Source: Methylophilales bacterium UBA4017
GTDB lineage: Bacteria; Pseudomonadota; Gammaproteobacteria; Burkholderiales; Methylophilaceae
Assembly: GCA_002384685.1 (NCBI GenBank)
Contig: DGAZ01000043.1
Span: forward strand, 32,462 to 96,461
Direction of reading: 5' to 3'
DNA length: 64,000 bases
Part shown: positions 40,145 to 51,292 of the stretch, piece after piece
How positions within the stretch are numbered: the first letter of the stretch is position 1
Layout: each line of letters opens with the position of its first letter
Notes under the pieces: generated by a model
The model's database searches: none
Told to the model about the DNA's origin: nothing
What the model saw: only the letters and a program-made list of their open reading frames with translations
Made by a program: the position numbers and the translations under genes

Positions 40145-40981
40145 ATGCACTTTATCCAGTCTATAGAGTCATTAAAAACCGTCAGCAAAGCCAATAACCA
40201 TATTGCTTTTGTTCCAACTATGGGGAATCTTCACAAAGGGCATCTTGCTCTTATTGAAAAAGCCAAATCATTATCTAAGGATGTTGTGGTTTCAATTTTT
40301 ATTAATCCTACTCAATTTAATTCTAAGCAAGATTTTGAGACATACCCAAAGACTTTACAACAAGATAAAAGCCTACTAGAACCTTTCTTTGATGATCGGT
40401 TTATAGTGTTCTCTCCCAAGGACAGTGAAATACTTTCTCACAAAACATTCACAGAATATGATTTGCCTAAAGCGGCAGATGATCTATGCGGAAAGTATAG
40501 ACCCGGGCATTTTAACGGCGTTATTCAAATAATTGATATTTTCTTTGATCTAATTAAGCCCCAATATGCTATTTTTGGTAAAAAGGACTATCAACAACTT
40601 TTTCTTATTAGAGATTTTGCAAATAATAAATACCGCAGCATAAAAATTGTTGGGCAAGATACCGTTAGATCTGAAGCCTTATTAGCCTTAAGCTCGCGTA
40701 ACAACCTTCTGGGAGCAAAATATCTATGCAAGGCTAATGAATTATTTTTTGCTCTCCAAGAGCTTGTCGAGATGGTAAAATTGACAAGAAGCCATAAGCA
40801 GGCAGTAGCTAAAATCAAAAGTTCGTTAAGCCAAAATGGTTGGGTGGTTGAGTACGTAGCTATTCGAAGGCGGCGTGACCTAAAAGAGCCCTCAGAGACG
40901 GACAAGTCATTGGTTGCTTTGGTAGCTGCAAGGCTTAATAATATCCGGCTAATTGATAATATAGAATTTTGCATAGATTGA
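40145..40981 (+). CDS. panC: Pantoate-beta-alanine ligase
   Basis: FVPTMGNLHKGH, RPGHF.GV, FGKKDYQQ, LSSRN, RLIDN. Confidence 0.95.
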   Translation: MHFIQSIESLKTVSKANNHIAFVPTMGNLHKGHLALIEKAKSLSKDVVVSIFINPTQFNSKQDFETYPKTLQQDKSLLEPFFDDRFIVFSPKDSEILSHKTFTEYDLPKAADDLCGKYRPGHFNGVIQIIDIFFDLIKPQYAIFGKKDYQQLFLIRDFANNKYRSIKIVGQDTVRSEALLALSSRNNLLGAKYLCKANELFFALQELVEMVKLTRSHKQAVAKIKSSLSQNGWVVEYVAIRRRRDLKEPSETDKSLVALVAARLNNIRLIDNIEFCID

Positions 40982-40997
40982 TTGAACTGACTATAAT
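40969..40997 (+). promoter_or_regulatory. Candidate sigma-70 promoter for panD-rsfS-rlmH
   Basis: TTGCAT-N17-TATAAT. Confidence 0.5.
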
Positions 40998-41033
40998 AGT
41001 GACGATAAATTTTTTGGGATTACAATACAAATA

Positions 41034-41414
41034 ATGCAAAGAAAAATGCTTAAATCAAAACTTCACCGTGTGACCGTTACTCATTCAGAGCTTGAGTATG
41101 AAGGTTCGTGCGCCATTGATATTGAATTGTTAAAAGCCGCCAACATTAAAGAGTATGAGCAAATTTCAATTTATAACATAACAAATGGTGAGCGATTTAC
41201 TACTTATGCGATTTCGGCAGAAGGTAGTTCAGGAATTATATCAATTAATGGTGCGGCGGCTCATAAAGCTAACCCAGGTGATATGCTCATTATTGCAACT
41301 TATGCTGACTACACTGAAATAGAATTAAACCAATATAAGCCTTTACTGGTCTATGTTGATGGTAACAATAAGGTTACTATCAGCAAAAACTCTATCGCCA
41401 TGCAAGCTGCTTGA
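41034..41414 (+). CDS. panD: Aspartate 1-decarboxylase
   Basis: KSKLHR, YEGS self-cleavage site, NGERF.TY, NGAAA. Confidence 0.96.
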   Translation: MQRKMLKSKLHRVTVTHSELEYEGSCAIDIELLKAANIKEYEQISIYNITNGERFTTYAISAEGSSGIISINGAAAHKANPGDMLIIATYADYTEIELNQYKPLLVYVDGNNKVTISKNSIAMQAA

Positions 41415-41415
41415 T

Positions 41416-41742
41416 TTGATCTCAGTTTCCAATATAAAAAAAAATATTATTGATGCTTTAGAGGATATTAAAGCCTTCGATATTGTTTCACTTGATGTTC
41501 GTAAACTCACGTCTATTGCTGATTATATGATTATTGCTAGTGCTAGCTCCTCTAGACAGACCAAGGCTCTCGCGAACAACGTTCAGGATAGGATGAAGGA
41601 AATTAATGTTGGTGTAGTAGGAATGGAAGGAGAATCTGAAGGGGACTGGGTTTTGGTTGATGTTGGAGACGTAGTGGTTCATATCATGACACCGACTACG
41701 AGAGCATATTACAATTTAGAAGAATTGTGGTCTAAAGCATAA
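41416..41742 (+). CDS. rsfS: Ribosome silencing factor
   Basis: [30 protein letters not shown]; TTG start 41416 inferred. Confidence 0.93.
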   Translation: MISVSNIKKNIIDALEDIKAFDIVSLDVRKLTSIADYMIIASASSSRQTKALANNVQDRMKEINVGVVGMEGESEGDWVLVDVGDVVVHIMTPTTRAYYNLEELWSKA

Positions 41743-41754
41743 TTCCTGTTTGCC

Positions 41755-42219
41755 TTGCTCAAAATAAAAATTATTTCCATAGGAAACAAGTCTGACAAGG
41801 TTGTTAATACCCTCATTAATGATTACGCGAAAAAAATCGGCGGTATTTTCCAGTTGGAATGGATACAATTAAAGTCAGAAAGAAAATTTGACTCAGCTGA
41901 TAAGAAAAAAAAATTGGAAGCCGAAAAAATAAAACTCCATATAGGCTCTTCTTATATTATTGCATTGGATGAGCATGGTGAAATGCTTACATCAAAGGAG
42001 TTTGCATTAAAGATCTCACAATGGTCTCAGCATTACTCTTGCATTACATTTATTATAGGAGGGGCTGACGGGCTTGATCAAAGCATTTTAAAGCTGGCAA
42101 ACTTTATAATAAGCTTTTCCTCTATGACGCTTCCGCATCAACTGGTAAAAATATTTATTGCTGAGCAGCTTTACAGAGCTTCGTCCATCTTGAGCAATCA
42201 CCCTTACCATCGTGAATAA
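41755..42219 (+). CDS. rlmH: 23S rRNA pseudouridine-1915 N3-methyltransferase
   Basis: FIIGGADG, MTLPH, EQLYRA, HPYHRE. Confidence 0.95.
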   Translation: MLKIKIISIGNKSDKVVNTLINDYAKKIGGIFQLEWIQLKSERKFDSADKKKKLEAEKIKLHIGSSYIIALDEHGEMLTSKEFALKISQWSQHYSCITFIIGGADGLDQSILKLANFIISFSSMTLPHQLVKIFIAEQLYRASSILSNHPYHRE

Positions 42220-43636
42220 GCAATTTAAGAATAGTTTAATGTGGTTCCGAAGGGACCTCAGACTTCATGACAATGCCGCCTTACATAGTGCTCTGTCTCA
42301 ATCTGACAATGTTTTCTGTGTATTTATATTTGATATAAATATTTTAGATAATTTAAAATCAAAAGAAGATCAACGCATCGAGTTTATATGGGAGGCATTA
42401 AAGGAAATGAAGACTTCATTAAACTCAATAAAATCTGACATTATTGTAATGCATGCTAATCCCATGGAAGCTATTCCAGCTATCCTAAATAAATACAATT
42501 GTGAGGCCTTATTTTTTAACAAGGATTATGAGTCCTATGCGGCCAAAAGAGATGGTGACGTAATGGGGTGTGTAAGTAAATTAGGTGTTGAATCTTACCA
42601 GTTTAAAGATACTGTTTTATTTGAAGAAAAAGAAATTTTATCTCAGTCCGATAAACCCTATACCGTATTTTCTCCTTATAAAAACAATCATCTAAATAGG
42701 CTATACCAAGATGGGATAATACAACATGACTGTGAAAGTAATAAAAAAAAATTTGCTGTTGTTGAAGCAGAGGAAATACCTTCCCTAGAAAGCCTGGGAT
42801 TTAAAAAAACTAATTTAGATCGCTTAAAGATACCAACAGGCTCATCAGGTGGAAAATATTTACTGCTTGATTTTGAAAAAAGAATTGATCATTACAAGCA
42901 AAGAAGAGATTATCCTGGAAAAAAAGGGGTTTCCTATCTGTCCGTGCATAATCGCTTTGGAACTATTTCTATTCGTGAGCAAGCTCTAATTGCTATGAAT
43001 AAGCAATCAGAGGGTTCTTTGGTATGGCTCAATGAGTTGGTTTGGCGAGACTTTTACTTTCAAATACTATCGAACTTTCCGTATATTAATGATGGGGCAA
43101 GTTTTAAGCCGCAATTCGATCAAATACCTTTTGAAAATAATCTTCAATTCTTTGAGGCCTGGAAAAGTGGGCAGACAGGTTTCCCAATTATCGACGCTGC
43201 CATGCACCAGTTAAACCAAACGGGGTTTATGCATAATCGCTTAAGAATGATCGTGGCATCTTTTTTGGTCAAAGATTTACTAGTAGATTGGCGCTGGGGT
43301 GAGGCATATTTTTCTGAAAAACTGATTGATTTTGATTTTTCGGCCAATAATGGTGGTTGGCAGTGGGCAGCCTCGACTGGCTGCGATGCTCAGCCATGGT
43401 TTAGGATATTCAATCCCCTGCTACAATCTGAAAAATTTGATCCAGAGGGTCTATTCATAAAAAAATACCTACCTCAGCTCAAACCTCTCGATTCTAAGCA
43501 GATTCATCGTCCGCATTTTTTTTATGAAAAAGACCCGGATACATTTAAAGTTAATTTAGGGAAAGACTATCCGTTTCCCATTGTAGACCACGCAATACAG
43601 AGAAAAAAAGCTCTGCTAATGTACCAGGCAACCTAA
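42212..43636 (+). CDS. phrB: Deoxyribodipyrimidine photolyase
   Basis: WFRRDLRLHDN.AL, ELVWRDF, TGFPIIDAAM, MHNRLRM, NNGGWQW. Confidence 0.9.
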   Translation: MNKQFKNSLMWFRRDLRLHDNAALHSALSQSDNVFCVFIFDINILDNLKSKEDQRIEFIWEALKEMKTSLNSIKSDIIVMHANPMEAIPAILNKYNCEALFFNKDYESYAAKRDGDVMGCVSKLGVESYQFKDTVLFEEKEILSQSDKPYTVFSPYKNNHLNRLYQDGIIQHDCESNKKKFAVVEAEEIPSLESLGFKKTNLDRLKIPTGSSGGKYLLLDFEKRIDHYKQRRDYPGKKGVSYLSVHNRFGTISIREQALIAMNKQSEGSLVWLNELVWRDFYFQILSNFPYINDGASFKPQFDQIPFENNLQFFEAWKSGQTGFPIIDAAMHQLNQTGFMHNRLRMIVASFLVKDLLVDWRWGEAYFSEKLIDFDFSANNGGWQWAASTGCDAQPWFRIFNPLLQSEKFDPEGLFIKKYLPQLKPLDSKQIHRPHFFYEKDPDTFKVNLGKDYPFPIVDHAIQRKKALLMYQAT

Positions 43637-43729
43637 AGTAGCAAAAAAACAACAAACCGTTTAATGTCAAAGTGATATGCATTAAATTGTTTGGTAAATA
43701 AGCAACATTCATGGATAATTGCAGAATAT

Positions 43730-44536
43730 ATGAATAAAATCAAAACCCTAATCGTACTGGCTTTGTTGCTTTCCTTGTTTGGATGTGCAACGCAACAGAA
43801 TATTGACCCTCTTGAAGGAATGAATCGTTCCATTTATGGTTTTAATGAAGTGGTTGATAATTCCATTATGAAGCCGGTATCACAAGGATATAAAGCCGTC
43901 ATGCCTGATCCAGCAGTAAAAGGAATAAATAACTTCTTTAACAATATCAGAGACTTCATTACGGTAATTAACGATGTCCTTCAGCTTAAAGTCGAGCATG
44001 CTGCTAATGATGCTGGCCGTGTTCTAGTCAATACTACAGTTGGTTTATTAGGCTTTATTGATGTTCACACTATGTCTGGTGGAGAACGTAGGAAAGAAGA
44101 TTTTGGGCAGACTTTAGCATTTTATGGCTGGAGTAATAGCGCTTACCTAGTGCTTCCATTTGTTGGCCCATCAACAGTTCGAGATGCATCAGGATTGGTG
44201 GTTGACACGCTATTTCTTGATCCAATCACTTACATCGATAACGTAAGATTAAGAAACCAAATTCGAATACTTCAATTTGTTGATGCGCGAGCGGAATTGC
44301 TCAATACATCTGCTATTCTTGACCAAGCTGCACTTGATCCCTACACTTTTCAACGAGATGCTTACCTTCAATACCGAGAGAAGTTAATCAATGATGGGAA
44401 TGTCGACTTAATCGACTATAAGAGTTCTGCTGAAAATGCTTTCGAGCCATATGAGGAGGACGCAAAACCTACTGATGTGACTGACGTAAGTGATGATATT
44501 ATTATCGGGCAGCTTGATCTGTCTTCTCAAGAATAA
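43730..44536 (+). CDS. mlaA: MlaA/VacJ lipoprotein
   Basis: Lipobox LFGC, DPLE..NR....FN, EDFGQTL, GPSTVRD, DPY...RDAY.Q.R. Confidence 0.93.
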   Translation: MNKIKTLIVLALLLSLFGCATQQNIDPLEGMNRSIYGFNEVVDNSIMKPVSQGYKAVMPDPAVKGINNFFNNIRDFITVINDVLQLKVEHAANDAGRVLVNTTVGLLGFIDVHTMSGGERRKEDFGQTLAFYGWSNSAYLVLPFVGPSTVRDASGLVVDTLFLDPITYIDNVRLRNQIRILQFVDARAELLNTSAILDQAALDPYTFQRDAYLQYREKLINDGNVDLIDYKSSAENAFEPYEEDAKPTDVTDVSDDIIIGQLDLSSQE

Positions 44537-44543
44537 GTAACTT

Positions 44544-45887
44544 CTACTTGTTCGACCCCACTGTCATCCCCTGAATAAGAATAGAGCCTGTGTACTTAGA
44601 GCTATTTGTATACCTGTCAGTAGCAACGGCCTCAATATTTAATAACATGTCTTTAATGTTGGATGCAATAGTAATCTCCTCCACGGCAAATTGCACCTCA
44701 CCATTCTCTACCCACAAGCCTGCAGCGCCTCGTGAATAGTCTCCTGTGACCATATTTAATCCGTGCCCAAGAAGCTCGGTTACAATTAACCCTCTACCCA
44801 TTTTTTTGACTAACTCCGTGAAACTTACTCCAGAATCTTTAATGATTAAATTATGAGACCCTCCGGCATTTCCTGTAGTTTCCATATTAAGGCGTCTTGC
44901 TGAGTAAGATGACAGGAAATAACCTAGCATTACCCCCTTATCAACTACCGTTCTTTTGTTTACCGCTACGCCCTCATCATCAAAGTAAGTGCTTGCATTG
45001 CCTCGTAAAAGAAAAGGATCTTCTTCAATAGTAATAGCCGCTGAGGCTACCTGTGTGTTGATAGAGTTCATTAGAAATGAGTTTTCTCTGTATAAATTAC
45101 CTCCAGATACTGCTGATACAAGAGCAGAAATGATTGAGGTTGCGATAGGGGCTTCAAAAATAACAGGGTAAATGCCTGTATCTATTTTTTGGGGGTTTAA
45201 TCTCATTAAGGTTCTCGATGCAGCATCCTCGCCTACCTCCTTAGTGCTTTTTAAATCAGCAAAGGCTCGTACGGATGAATAAGAACTATCTCTCTGCATA
45301 GAGCTTCCCACCCCCCCTAAAACCGAACAGCTAAGTGAATAGCGTGATGACGGGAATCCGCCAACAAAGCCGTTAGAATTAGCGTAGGAGAATAGTGATT
45401 CTGAGCAATTTATCTGTGCACCCTCAGAATTATTAATTTTGTCACTAAAATCTAATGCATAACCTTCGCATGCTACCGCATTATCAATCAAGAACTGTTC
45501 AGTGGCATCAAAGGCATGATGAAGCTCTAGATCCTTGGTAATTTTCGAGTATAAATGAGCTTCTGCTAATCCAAATGCCTTGTCTTCAGCTGTATATTTT
45601 GCTATTTGGCACGCAGCCAATACGCAATCCTTAATTGCAGGTAAATTAAAATCCGAAGTCGACGCAATACCCCTTCTACAGCCAATATAAACAGTCACTG
45701 TTAGGGCCTTGTCATTATGAAGCTCGATAGTTTCTAGCTTAGACAGTCTTACCGAAATGCTCTTTCCAGAGGCCACACTAACCTCAACCTCAGAACTGGT
45801 AGCGCCATTTTTAGTGGCTATATCATTTGTGAAGTCAGCAATATCTAACAATGATTGGTTTGAATATTTCAGGATCTTAATTGACAT
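44544..45887 (-). CDS. pmbA: Metalloprotease subunit PmbA/TldE
   Basis: FDDEGV, TGNAGG, TGDYSRGAAG, EEITIA; divergent from yjgA. Confidence 0.92.
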   Translation of the reverse strand: MSIKILKYSNQSLLDIADFTNDIATKNGATSSEVEVSVASGKSISVRLSKLETIELHNDKALTVTVYIGCRRGIASTSDFNLPAIKDCVLAACQIAKYTAEDKAFGLAEAHLYSKITKDLELHHAFDATEQFLIDNAVACEGYALDFSDKINNSEGAQINCSESLFSYANSNGFVGGFPSSRYSLSCSVLGGVGSSMQRDSSYSSVRAFADLKSTKEVGEDAASRTLMRLNPQKIDTGIYPVIFEAPIATSIISALVSAVSGGNLYRENSFLMNSINTQVASAAITIEEDPFLLRGNASTYFDDEGVAVNKRTVVDKGVMLGYFLSSYSARRLNMETTGNAGGSHNLIIKDSGVSFTELVKKMGRGLIVTELLGHGLNMVTGDYSRGAAGLWVENGEVQFAVEEITIASNIKDMLLNIEAVATDRYTNSSKYTGSILIQGMTVGSNK

Positions 45888-45929
45888 AATAATTACATAA
45901 ATATAAAAACTGATATCATACAGAAACTT

Positions 45930-46445
45930 ATGGATAAAAATGTATTACAAACACAATTGGCCGATGACGAAATAGAAATCATCAGTAAAACCGAATTAAA
46001 AAAAGACTCAAAAAAAGTACAAGCCTTTGGAAAATCTATCGGTGACTTAAGTTTTGATCAAATAAAATCTTTTGATCTTCCCGAGGCTATCCTTAATGCT
46101 ATCAAAGAATATAAGTCACTAAAATCAAATGCAGCAAAAAATCGACAAGTGCAATATTTAGGTAAACTGCTTCGTGAAATTGATCTCACAAGTGCATACC
46201 AAACAATGGATCAATTAAAAAATGGCTCTCAGATTGAGATACGTAAAAATCATATCGTAGAAGAGTGGAGAGATCGATTAATACGAGATAAGGATGCACT
46301 CACCGAGCTTATCCATAAATTTCCTGATATTGACAGGCAGCTAATAAGGCAGCTTATACAAAACACTATTAAAGAGCGGGAAAACTCAAAGCCTCCGAAA
46401 TTCTATCGTCAGATTTTTCAGTACCTAAAAGAGCACATAGTTTAA
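45930..46445 (+). CDS. yjgA: Ribosome-associated protein YjgA/DarP
   Basis: SKTELKK, RQVQYLGKLLR, WRDRLI, DRQ.IRQL. Confidence 0.92.
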   Translation: MDKNVLQTQLADDEIEIISKTELKKDSKKVQAFGKSIGDLSFDQIKSFDLPEAILNAIKEYKSLKSNAAKNRQVQYLGKLLREIDLTSAYQTMDQLKNGSQIEIRKNHIVEEWRDRLIRDKDALTELIHKFPDIDRQLIRQLIQNTIKERENSKPPKFYRQIFQYLKEHIV

Positions 46446-47195
46446 CTATAGGTTAACTGTTACCGTTTCTTGCTTTCCATTTCTTACGTAATCAACGACG
46501 ACAGCCTTTCCCTTACTTTTTCTTATAACCTTAATTAAATCGTCTGGCGTGTTCACTGTGACTTTATCGATTTTAACAATACTATCATTTCTTAATATCC
46601 CGGCTTGTGCCGCTGGCGAACCTTTGATGACCGCAATCACCAATGCTCCCGCAACTTCAGACTGTCTGTCGCCTTTGCTTATTTTGATAAAATGAGTTCC
46701 AAATGTTGGCTTAGGAAGCTTTACCCAGTACGTTGCTTTAAATGTATAGAGCGCATTAGAATCAGCCAAATCTTCCTCCGTGATTTCTATCTCAGCAAGC
46801 TCGCCTTTTTTCTCAATTTTTTGCTTTGCTAATACCTTATCTCTAGCTTTTTTTATGGCCGAGGCACGTGTATTTTCATTAACCTGCCTATCGTAAAGCA
46901 AGATCATATCTGCCTTAATTTTTTGACCATGCTCTCTCGCAACCTCAGGAGAAAGATTAGTGCTTCCAAAACCACTAAAACCCATTAAATCATAACCATC
47001 TTCCAACATTTTAATATTGTCTGTTTTTTCTTCCCATCCACGCATGATCTTTGTTTCTAGATTTTTTTCAAAAGACTGAAAATCTGTTGGGCTTTGTCTC
47101 TGAAAATTCTTTTCAAATAAATTTTCTTCCGCCAATAATGCGGTACTAAAAATAAATAGTATTGAGCTAAAGGTAATGGTGAGATATTTATGCAT
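46446..47195 (-). CDS. Exported PDZ-domain protein
   Basis: Signal peptide; C-terminal PDZ (GSPAAQAGI..ND.I); no protease motif seen. Confidence 0.8.
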   Translation of the reverse strand: MHKYLTITFSSILFIFSTALLAEENLFEKNFQRQSPTDFQSFEKNLETKIMRGWEEKTDNIKMLEDGYDLMGFSGFGSTNLSPEVAREHGQKIKADMILLYDRQVNENTRASAIKKARDKVLAKQKIEKKGELAEIEITEEDLADSNALYTFKATYWVKLPKPTFGTHFIKISKGDRQSEVAGALVIAVIKGSPAAQAGILRNDSIVKIDKVTVNTPDDLIKVIRKSKGKAVVVDYVRNGKQETVTVNL

Positions 47196-47249
47196 AAGAT
47201 GGCCTTTAAGAAATGGTAATATATTTAATTGTTTTAATACGACACAAGC

Positions 47250-47825
47250 ATGACAAATAAATTCATTAAAATTGGTTTAATTTCTATTAGCGATAGAGCC
47301 AGTCAAGGTATCTACAAAGACCTAGGCATTCCTTCACTCAAGGAGTGGCTAAGTTCTGCGCTTATTAGTTCTTTTGAAGCCGAAGAGCATATCATCCCTG
47401 ATGAGTTTTCAATCATCCAATCTACATTACAGGATCTCACTGATAACAGTCATTGTGATCTTATTCTTACGACAGGAGGTACAGGACCTGCTTTGAGAGA
47501 TATCACCCCAGATGCCACGCTAAGTATTGCGGATAAGGAGCTTCCTGGGTTTGGGGAACAGATGCGGCAAATTAGCCTTCATTTTGTACCCACTGCAATA
47601 CTGTCTAGACAAGTGGCGGTTATCAGGAAAAGCACTCTTATTATTAATCTTCCAGGCCAGCCAAAGGCCATCAAACAAATATTGGAAGGCTTAAAGGACG
47701 AAAACAATAATGTCATTGTTCCAGGAATCTTTGCTGCCGTTCCTTATTGCCTAGACCTTATAGGCGCAGCATATATTGAAACCAATCATGACATCGTTAA
47801 TGCATTCAGGCCTAAGAAAAGATAA
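47250..47825 (+). CDS. mog: Molybdopterin adenylyltransferase
   Basis: SDRAS.G.Y.D, TTGGTGP..RD.TP.AT, VPTAILSRQ, NLPG.PK. Confidence 0.95.
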   Translation: MTNKFIKIGLISISDRASQGIYKDLGIPSLKEWLSSALISSFEAEEHIIPDEFSIIQSTLQDLTDNSHCDLILTTGGTGPALRDITPDATLSIADKELPGFGEQMRQISLHFVPTAILSRQVAVIRKSTLIINLPGQPKAIKQILEGLKDENNNVIVPGIFAAVPYCLDLIGAAYIETNHDIVNAFRPKKR

Positions 47826-48769
47826 TGGTAAAAGAATTTAGCCTTATTGAAAAATATTTCAATAAGAAAGTTAACGACGTGCCTTTAGGTATAGGTGACG
47901 ACGGTGCTCTACTTGAAAAAAATAGTCAAAATTACTACGTCTTATCCCAAGACACCTTAAACGTTGACTCCCACTTCCTTCGCAATACCAACACCAAAAA
48001 TTTAGGTTGGAAATCATTGGCAGTAAATGTCTCAGACATCATTGCAATGGGTGGGAATCCAAAGTTTGCTCTACTCTCCATTTCCACTGAAAAAGTCGAA
48101 GACAAGTGGCTAAAGGAGTTCTCTAGCGGGTTATTTGATTGCGCAAACCATTATGGAGTCAGTGTGATTGGGGGTGATACCTCTCGAGGGTCACTATCTA
48201 TTACAATAACCATCATAGGCGAAGTAAAAAAGAACCGTGCTTTAAGAAGGGATGGAGCAAGTGAGGATGAAGATATATGGATTAGTGGGGAGCTAGGCCT
48301 GGCCTCTCTAGGATTTGCCTATCAAATGAATACCATATCATTGCCAAGCCTTATGTCAAAAAAAGCCTTGCTTGCCCTGCATAAGCCAAAGCCGATCAGT
48401 ATTGATATGAGCAAAATAAACCATTTATTTTCAAGTGCTATTGATATTTCTGATGGCCTGATACCTGACATTCAACATATTCTCAATAAGTCAAAGATTG
48501 GTGCTGATATTTTCTGTGAATATTTACCTGTTTCTTCGTGGATAAAAAAAAATCATGGTTATGATTTTGCATTATACGGAGGAGAGGATTACCAATTAGC
48601 TCTAACAGCCCCCAAAAAAAATCGATTAAAAATTAAAAAAATTGCTGCCGAAAATAATTTACAATTCACAATCATTGGCGGCACGAATAAATCAAAAATA
48701 TTACAATTGTTTGACGTTAATGGTCGGTTAATAAAAAAATTAAAGAAGGGATTTTCACACTTTGGTTAA
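47825..48769 (+). CDS. thiL: Thiamine-monophosphate kinase
   Basis: EFSLI, GIGDD, N.SDI.AMG, GGDT, IDISDGL, GGEDY. Confidence 0.94.
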   Translation: MVKEFSLIEKYFNKKVNDVPLGIGDDGALLEKNSQNYYVLSQDTLNVDSHFLRNTNTKNLGWKSLAVNVSDIIAMGGNPKFALLSISTEKVEDKWLKEFSSGLFDCANHYGVSVIGGDTSRGSLSITITIIGEVKKNRALRRDGASEDEDIWISGELGLASLGFAYQMNTISLPSLMSKKALLALHKPKPISIDMSKINHLFSSAIDISDGLIPDIQHILNKSKIGADIFCEYLPVSSWIKKNHGYDFALYGGEDYQLALTAPKKNRLKIKKIAAENNLQFTIIGGTNKSKILQLFDVNGRLIKKLKKGFSHFG

Positions 48770-49241
48770 TATGAAATTCTTATTTTCGAGCTTCTGGCAT
48801 CTCGTGGCACTTGGTTTTGGGTCAGGATTATCAAAGAAAGCTCCCGGTACACTAGGCTCACTAATTGCTTTTCCTTTATTTTTTTTGATTTCACCCTTAA
48901 ATAATGAAATGCAACTGGGCTTCGTTATTACTTTATTTTTTTTAGGTATCCATGCCTCAGATATCACTAGCAGTCACTTAAAACTTAAAGATCCCTCTTG
49001 CATTGTTATCGATGAGATTGTTGCCATGATGGCAATACTTATATTCATAGAGCCTAATGCCACCTCTTTTGTTATGGCATTTATATTGTTTCGATTCTTT
49101 GATATAAAAAAACCTTTTCCCATTAGCTGGGTAGAGAAAAAATTCACAGGTGGGCTCGGTATTATGTTGGATGATATAGCCGCCGCGATACCTTGCGTTC
49201 TTATTATGCAACTAACTTATCTTTTAACGCATGTATTCTAA
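48762..49241 (+). CDS. pgpA: Phosphatidylglycerophosphatase A
   Basis: GFGSG...APGT.GS, DP..IVIDE, FRFFDI.KP.PI, GIMLDD. Confidence 0.94.
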   Translation: MVNMKFLFSSFWHLVALGFGSGLSKKAPGTLGSLIAFPLFFLISPLNNEMQLGFVITLFFLGIHASDITSSHLKLKDPSCIVIDEIVAMMAILIFIEPNATSFVMAFILFRFFDIKKPFPISWVEKKFTGGLGIMLDDIAAAIPCVLIMQLTYLLTHVF

Positions 49242-49719
49242 TGATCTTGAATTGCTGGTAGAAAATCTTGGGGCTCAATGCCTATTGAATTCCTATCATT
49301 TAGTTATTGCAGAATCATGTACGGGGGGGATGATCTGTAGCGCAATTACCCAAATTTCAGGGAGCTCGCAATGGTTTACTCAAGGATTTATCACCTACTC
49401 CGATCAATCAAAAATTGATTTGCTTGGGGTTAGCGAAGGCAGTTTAAAGAGTTATGGGGCTGTTAGCCAACAAGTAGCAAATGAAATGGCTTGTGGAGCG
49501 CTTCGCAGAAGCCAGGGATCTCTAAGCTTAAGTATAACCGGCATTGCTGGGCCTTCAGGAGGAACAAAAACAAAACCAGTTGGTACGGTATTTTTTTCCG
49601 TATGCGATAAAAAAGGGATGCTTTTTGAGCACGAGGCTCATTTTGAGGGGACCCGAAAAGAAATCAGAGAAAAAGGGCTTTTATTTGCTCTTAATAGCCT
49701 ACTAAAGCTTACGTTGTAG
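49231..49719 (+). CDS. pncC: CinA C-terminal domain protein / NMN deamidase
   Basis: [25 protein letters not shown]...KPVGTV. Confidence 0.88.
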   Translation: MYSNDLELLVENLGAQCLLNSYHLVIAESCTGGMICSAITQISGSSQWFTQGFITYSDQSKIDLLGVSEGSLKSYGAVSQQVANEMACGALRRSQGSLSLSITGIAGPSGGTKTKPVGTVFFSVCDKKGMLFEHEAHFEGTRKEIREKGLLFALNSLLKLTL

Positions 49720-49774
49720 CAGCAAATATGGAATAATTAACTTTAATAAAAATATACACATAAGGCAAAAAAAC

Positions 49775-50821
49775 ATGGATGAAAATAAGCGCAAAGCACT
49801 AGATGCTGCATTGTCCCAAATTGATAAACAATTTGGTAAAGGCTCTATTATGCGAATGGATGATAGCCAGGTGATTGAAGGTATCCAGGCAGTATCGACT
49901 GGTTCACTTGGATTGGATATTGCGCTCGGTATTGGGGGTTTACCAAGGGGTAGAGTTATTGAAATTTATGGGCCAGAGTCATCCGGGAAAACATCCTTGT
50001 CATTGTCCACTATCGCGCAACTTCAAAAAACAGGAGGAACTGCCGCTTTTATTGATGCAGAGCATGCCCTGGACATTCAATATGCAGCAAAGCTGGGGGT
50101 TAATATTGAAGAGTTGCTGGTATCCCAACCAGACACCGGAGAACAAGCATTGGAGATTGCAGATATGTTGGTGCGCAGTGGCTCAGTAGATATTGTTGTA
50201 ATAGATTCTGTGGCGGCTTTAACACCAAGAGCAGAGATAGAGGGCGATATGGGAGACTCGCACATGGGCCTTCAAGCTAGACTAATGTCACAAGCATTAA
50301 GAAAGCTAACTAGTAATATCAAAAAAACTAATACCATGGTGATCTTTATCAATCAATTACGTATGAAGATTGGTGTTATGTTTGGCAACCCAGAAACTAC
50401 AACGGGCGGCAATGCATTAAAGTTTTATGCATCCGTAAGATTAGATATAAGACGCATTGGTGCAATTAAAAAAGGGGATGAAGTTATAGGGGCTGAGACT
50501 CGGGTTAAGGTTGTAAAAAATAAAGTGGCTCCACCTTTCAGGAAGGCAGAATTTGACGTCCTTTACGGCGAAGGAATATCATTAGAGGGTGAAATTATTG
50601 ACCACGGTGTACTCCTAGATATTGTAGAAAAATCTGGGTCTTGGTATAGCTACAAAGGTGAAAAGATTGGACAAGGAAAAGATAATGCAAGAATATTCCT
50701 CAAAGACAACCCAAAGATCTCTAATGAGATTGAGCAGCTAGTAAGAGCTAACTCAAGCATTACTGCTGAAATTAAAGCTGCTGTGATTCCTGATGAGGAT
50801 GAACCAAGCCCTGCAGAATAA
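49775..50821 (+). CDS. recA: Recombinase A
   Basis: [35 protein letters not shown]. Confidence 0.99.
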   Translation: MDENKRKALDAALSQIDKQFGKGSIMRMDDSQVIEGIQAVSTGSLGLDIALGIGGLPRGRVIEIYGPESSGKTSLSLSTIAQLQKTGGTAAFIDAEHALDIQYAAKLGVNIEELLVSQPDTGEQALEIADMLVRSGSVDIVVIDSVAALTPRAEIEGDMGDSHMGLQARLMSQALRKLTSNIKKTNTMVIFINQLRMKIGVMFGNPETTTGGNALKFYASVRLDIRRIGAIKKGDEVIGAETRVKVVKNKVAPPFRKAEFDVLYGEGISLEGEIIDHGVLLDIVEKSGSWYSYKGEKIGQGKDNARIFLKDNPKISNEIEQLVRANSSITAEIKAAVIPDEDEPSPAE

Positions 50822-51284
50822 TACCGATAAAAATATAGTCTTATTAAAAAAAAGAGCTTTATATTATTTGGGCAAAAGAGAATACTCAAGACACGAGTTA
50901 CTGCAAAAGATTACACCCTTTGCTGAAAGTCTTGAGATCACTCAACAGCAAGCAGATCACATACTCTCTGAACTAGAACAAAAGGATTGGCTATCGGATA
51001 AGCGATATGTTGATCAATTTGTATTCTCAAAGAAGAAAAAATTTGGGTTAAAAAAAATGGGGTATGAGCTAAAGATGCGTGGTGTGGACGAAATAATCAT
51101 TCATGATGCGCTTAATAAGATAAAATCAGAAGAATACGATTTAGCTAAAAATATATGGGAGAAAAAATTTAGGAACTTACCTGAAGGTCAGGGCGAGAAG
51201 GCAAAACAAATCAGATTCCTTCAAAGCCGAGGTATTGACTCTACACTGATACACCAGATCTTGTCAGGAAAATTACCCGAATAA
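50793..51284 (+). CDS. recX: Regulatory protein RecX
   Basis: [26 protein letters not shown]; follows recA. Confidence 0.9.
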   Translation: MRMNQALQNNTDKNIVLLKKRALYYLGKREYSRHELLQKITPFAESLEITQQQADHILSELEQKDWLSDKRYVDQFVFSKKKKFGLKKMGYELKMRGVDEIIIHDALNKIKSEEYDLAKNIWEKKFRNLPEGQGEKAKQIRFLQSRGIDSTLIHQILSGKLPE

Positions 51285-51292
51285 TTTGTATA

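Noticed and set aside
40591-40974. 127-aa minus ORF and the many other 60-105-aa overlapping ORFs in the track
   Set aside because: They lie within or opposite well-supported genes and show no motifs.
49720-49774. LexA/SOS box before recA
   Set aside because: No CTGT-N8-ACAG present.
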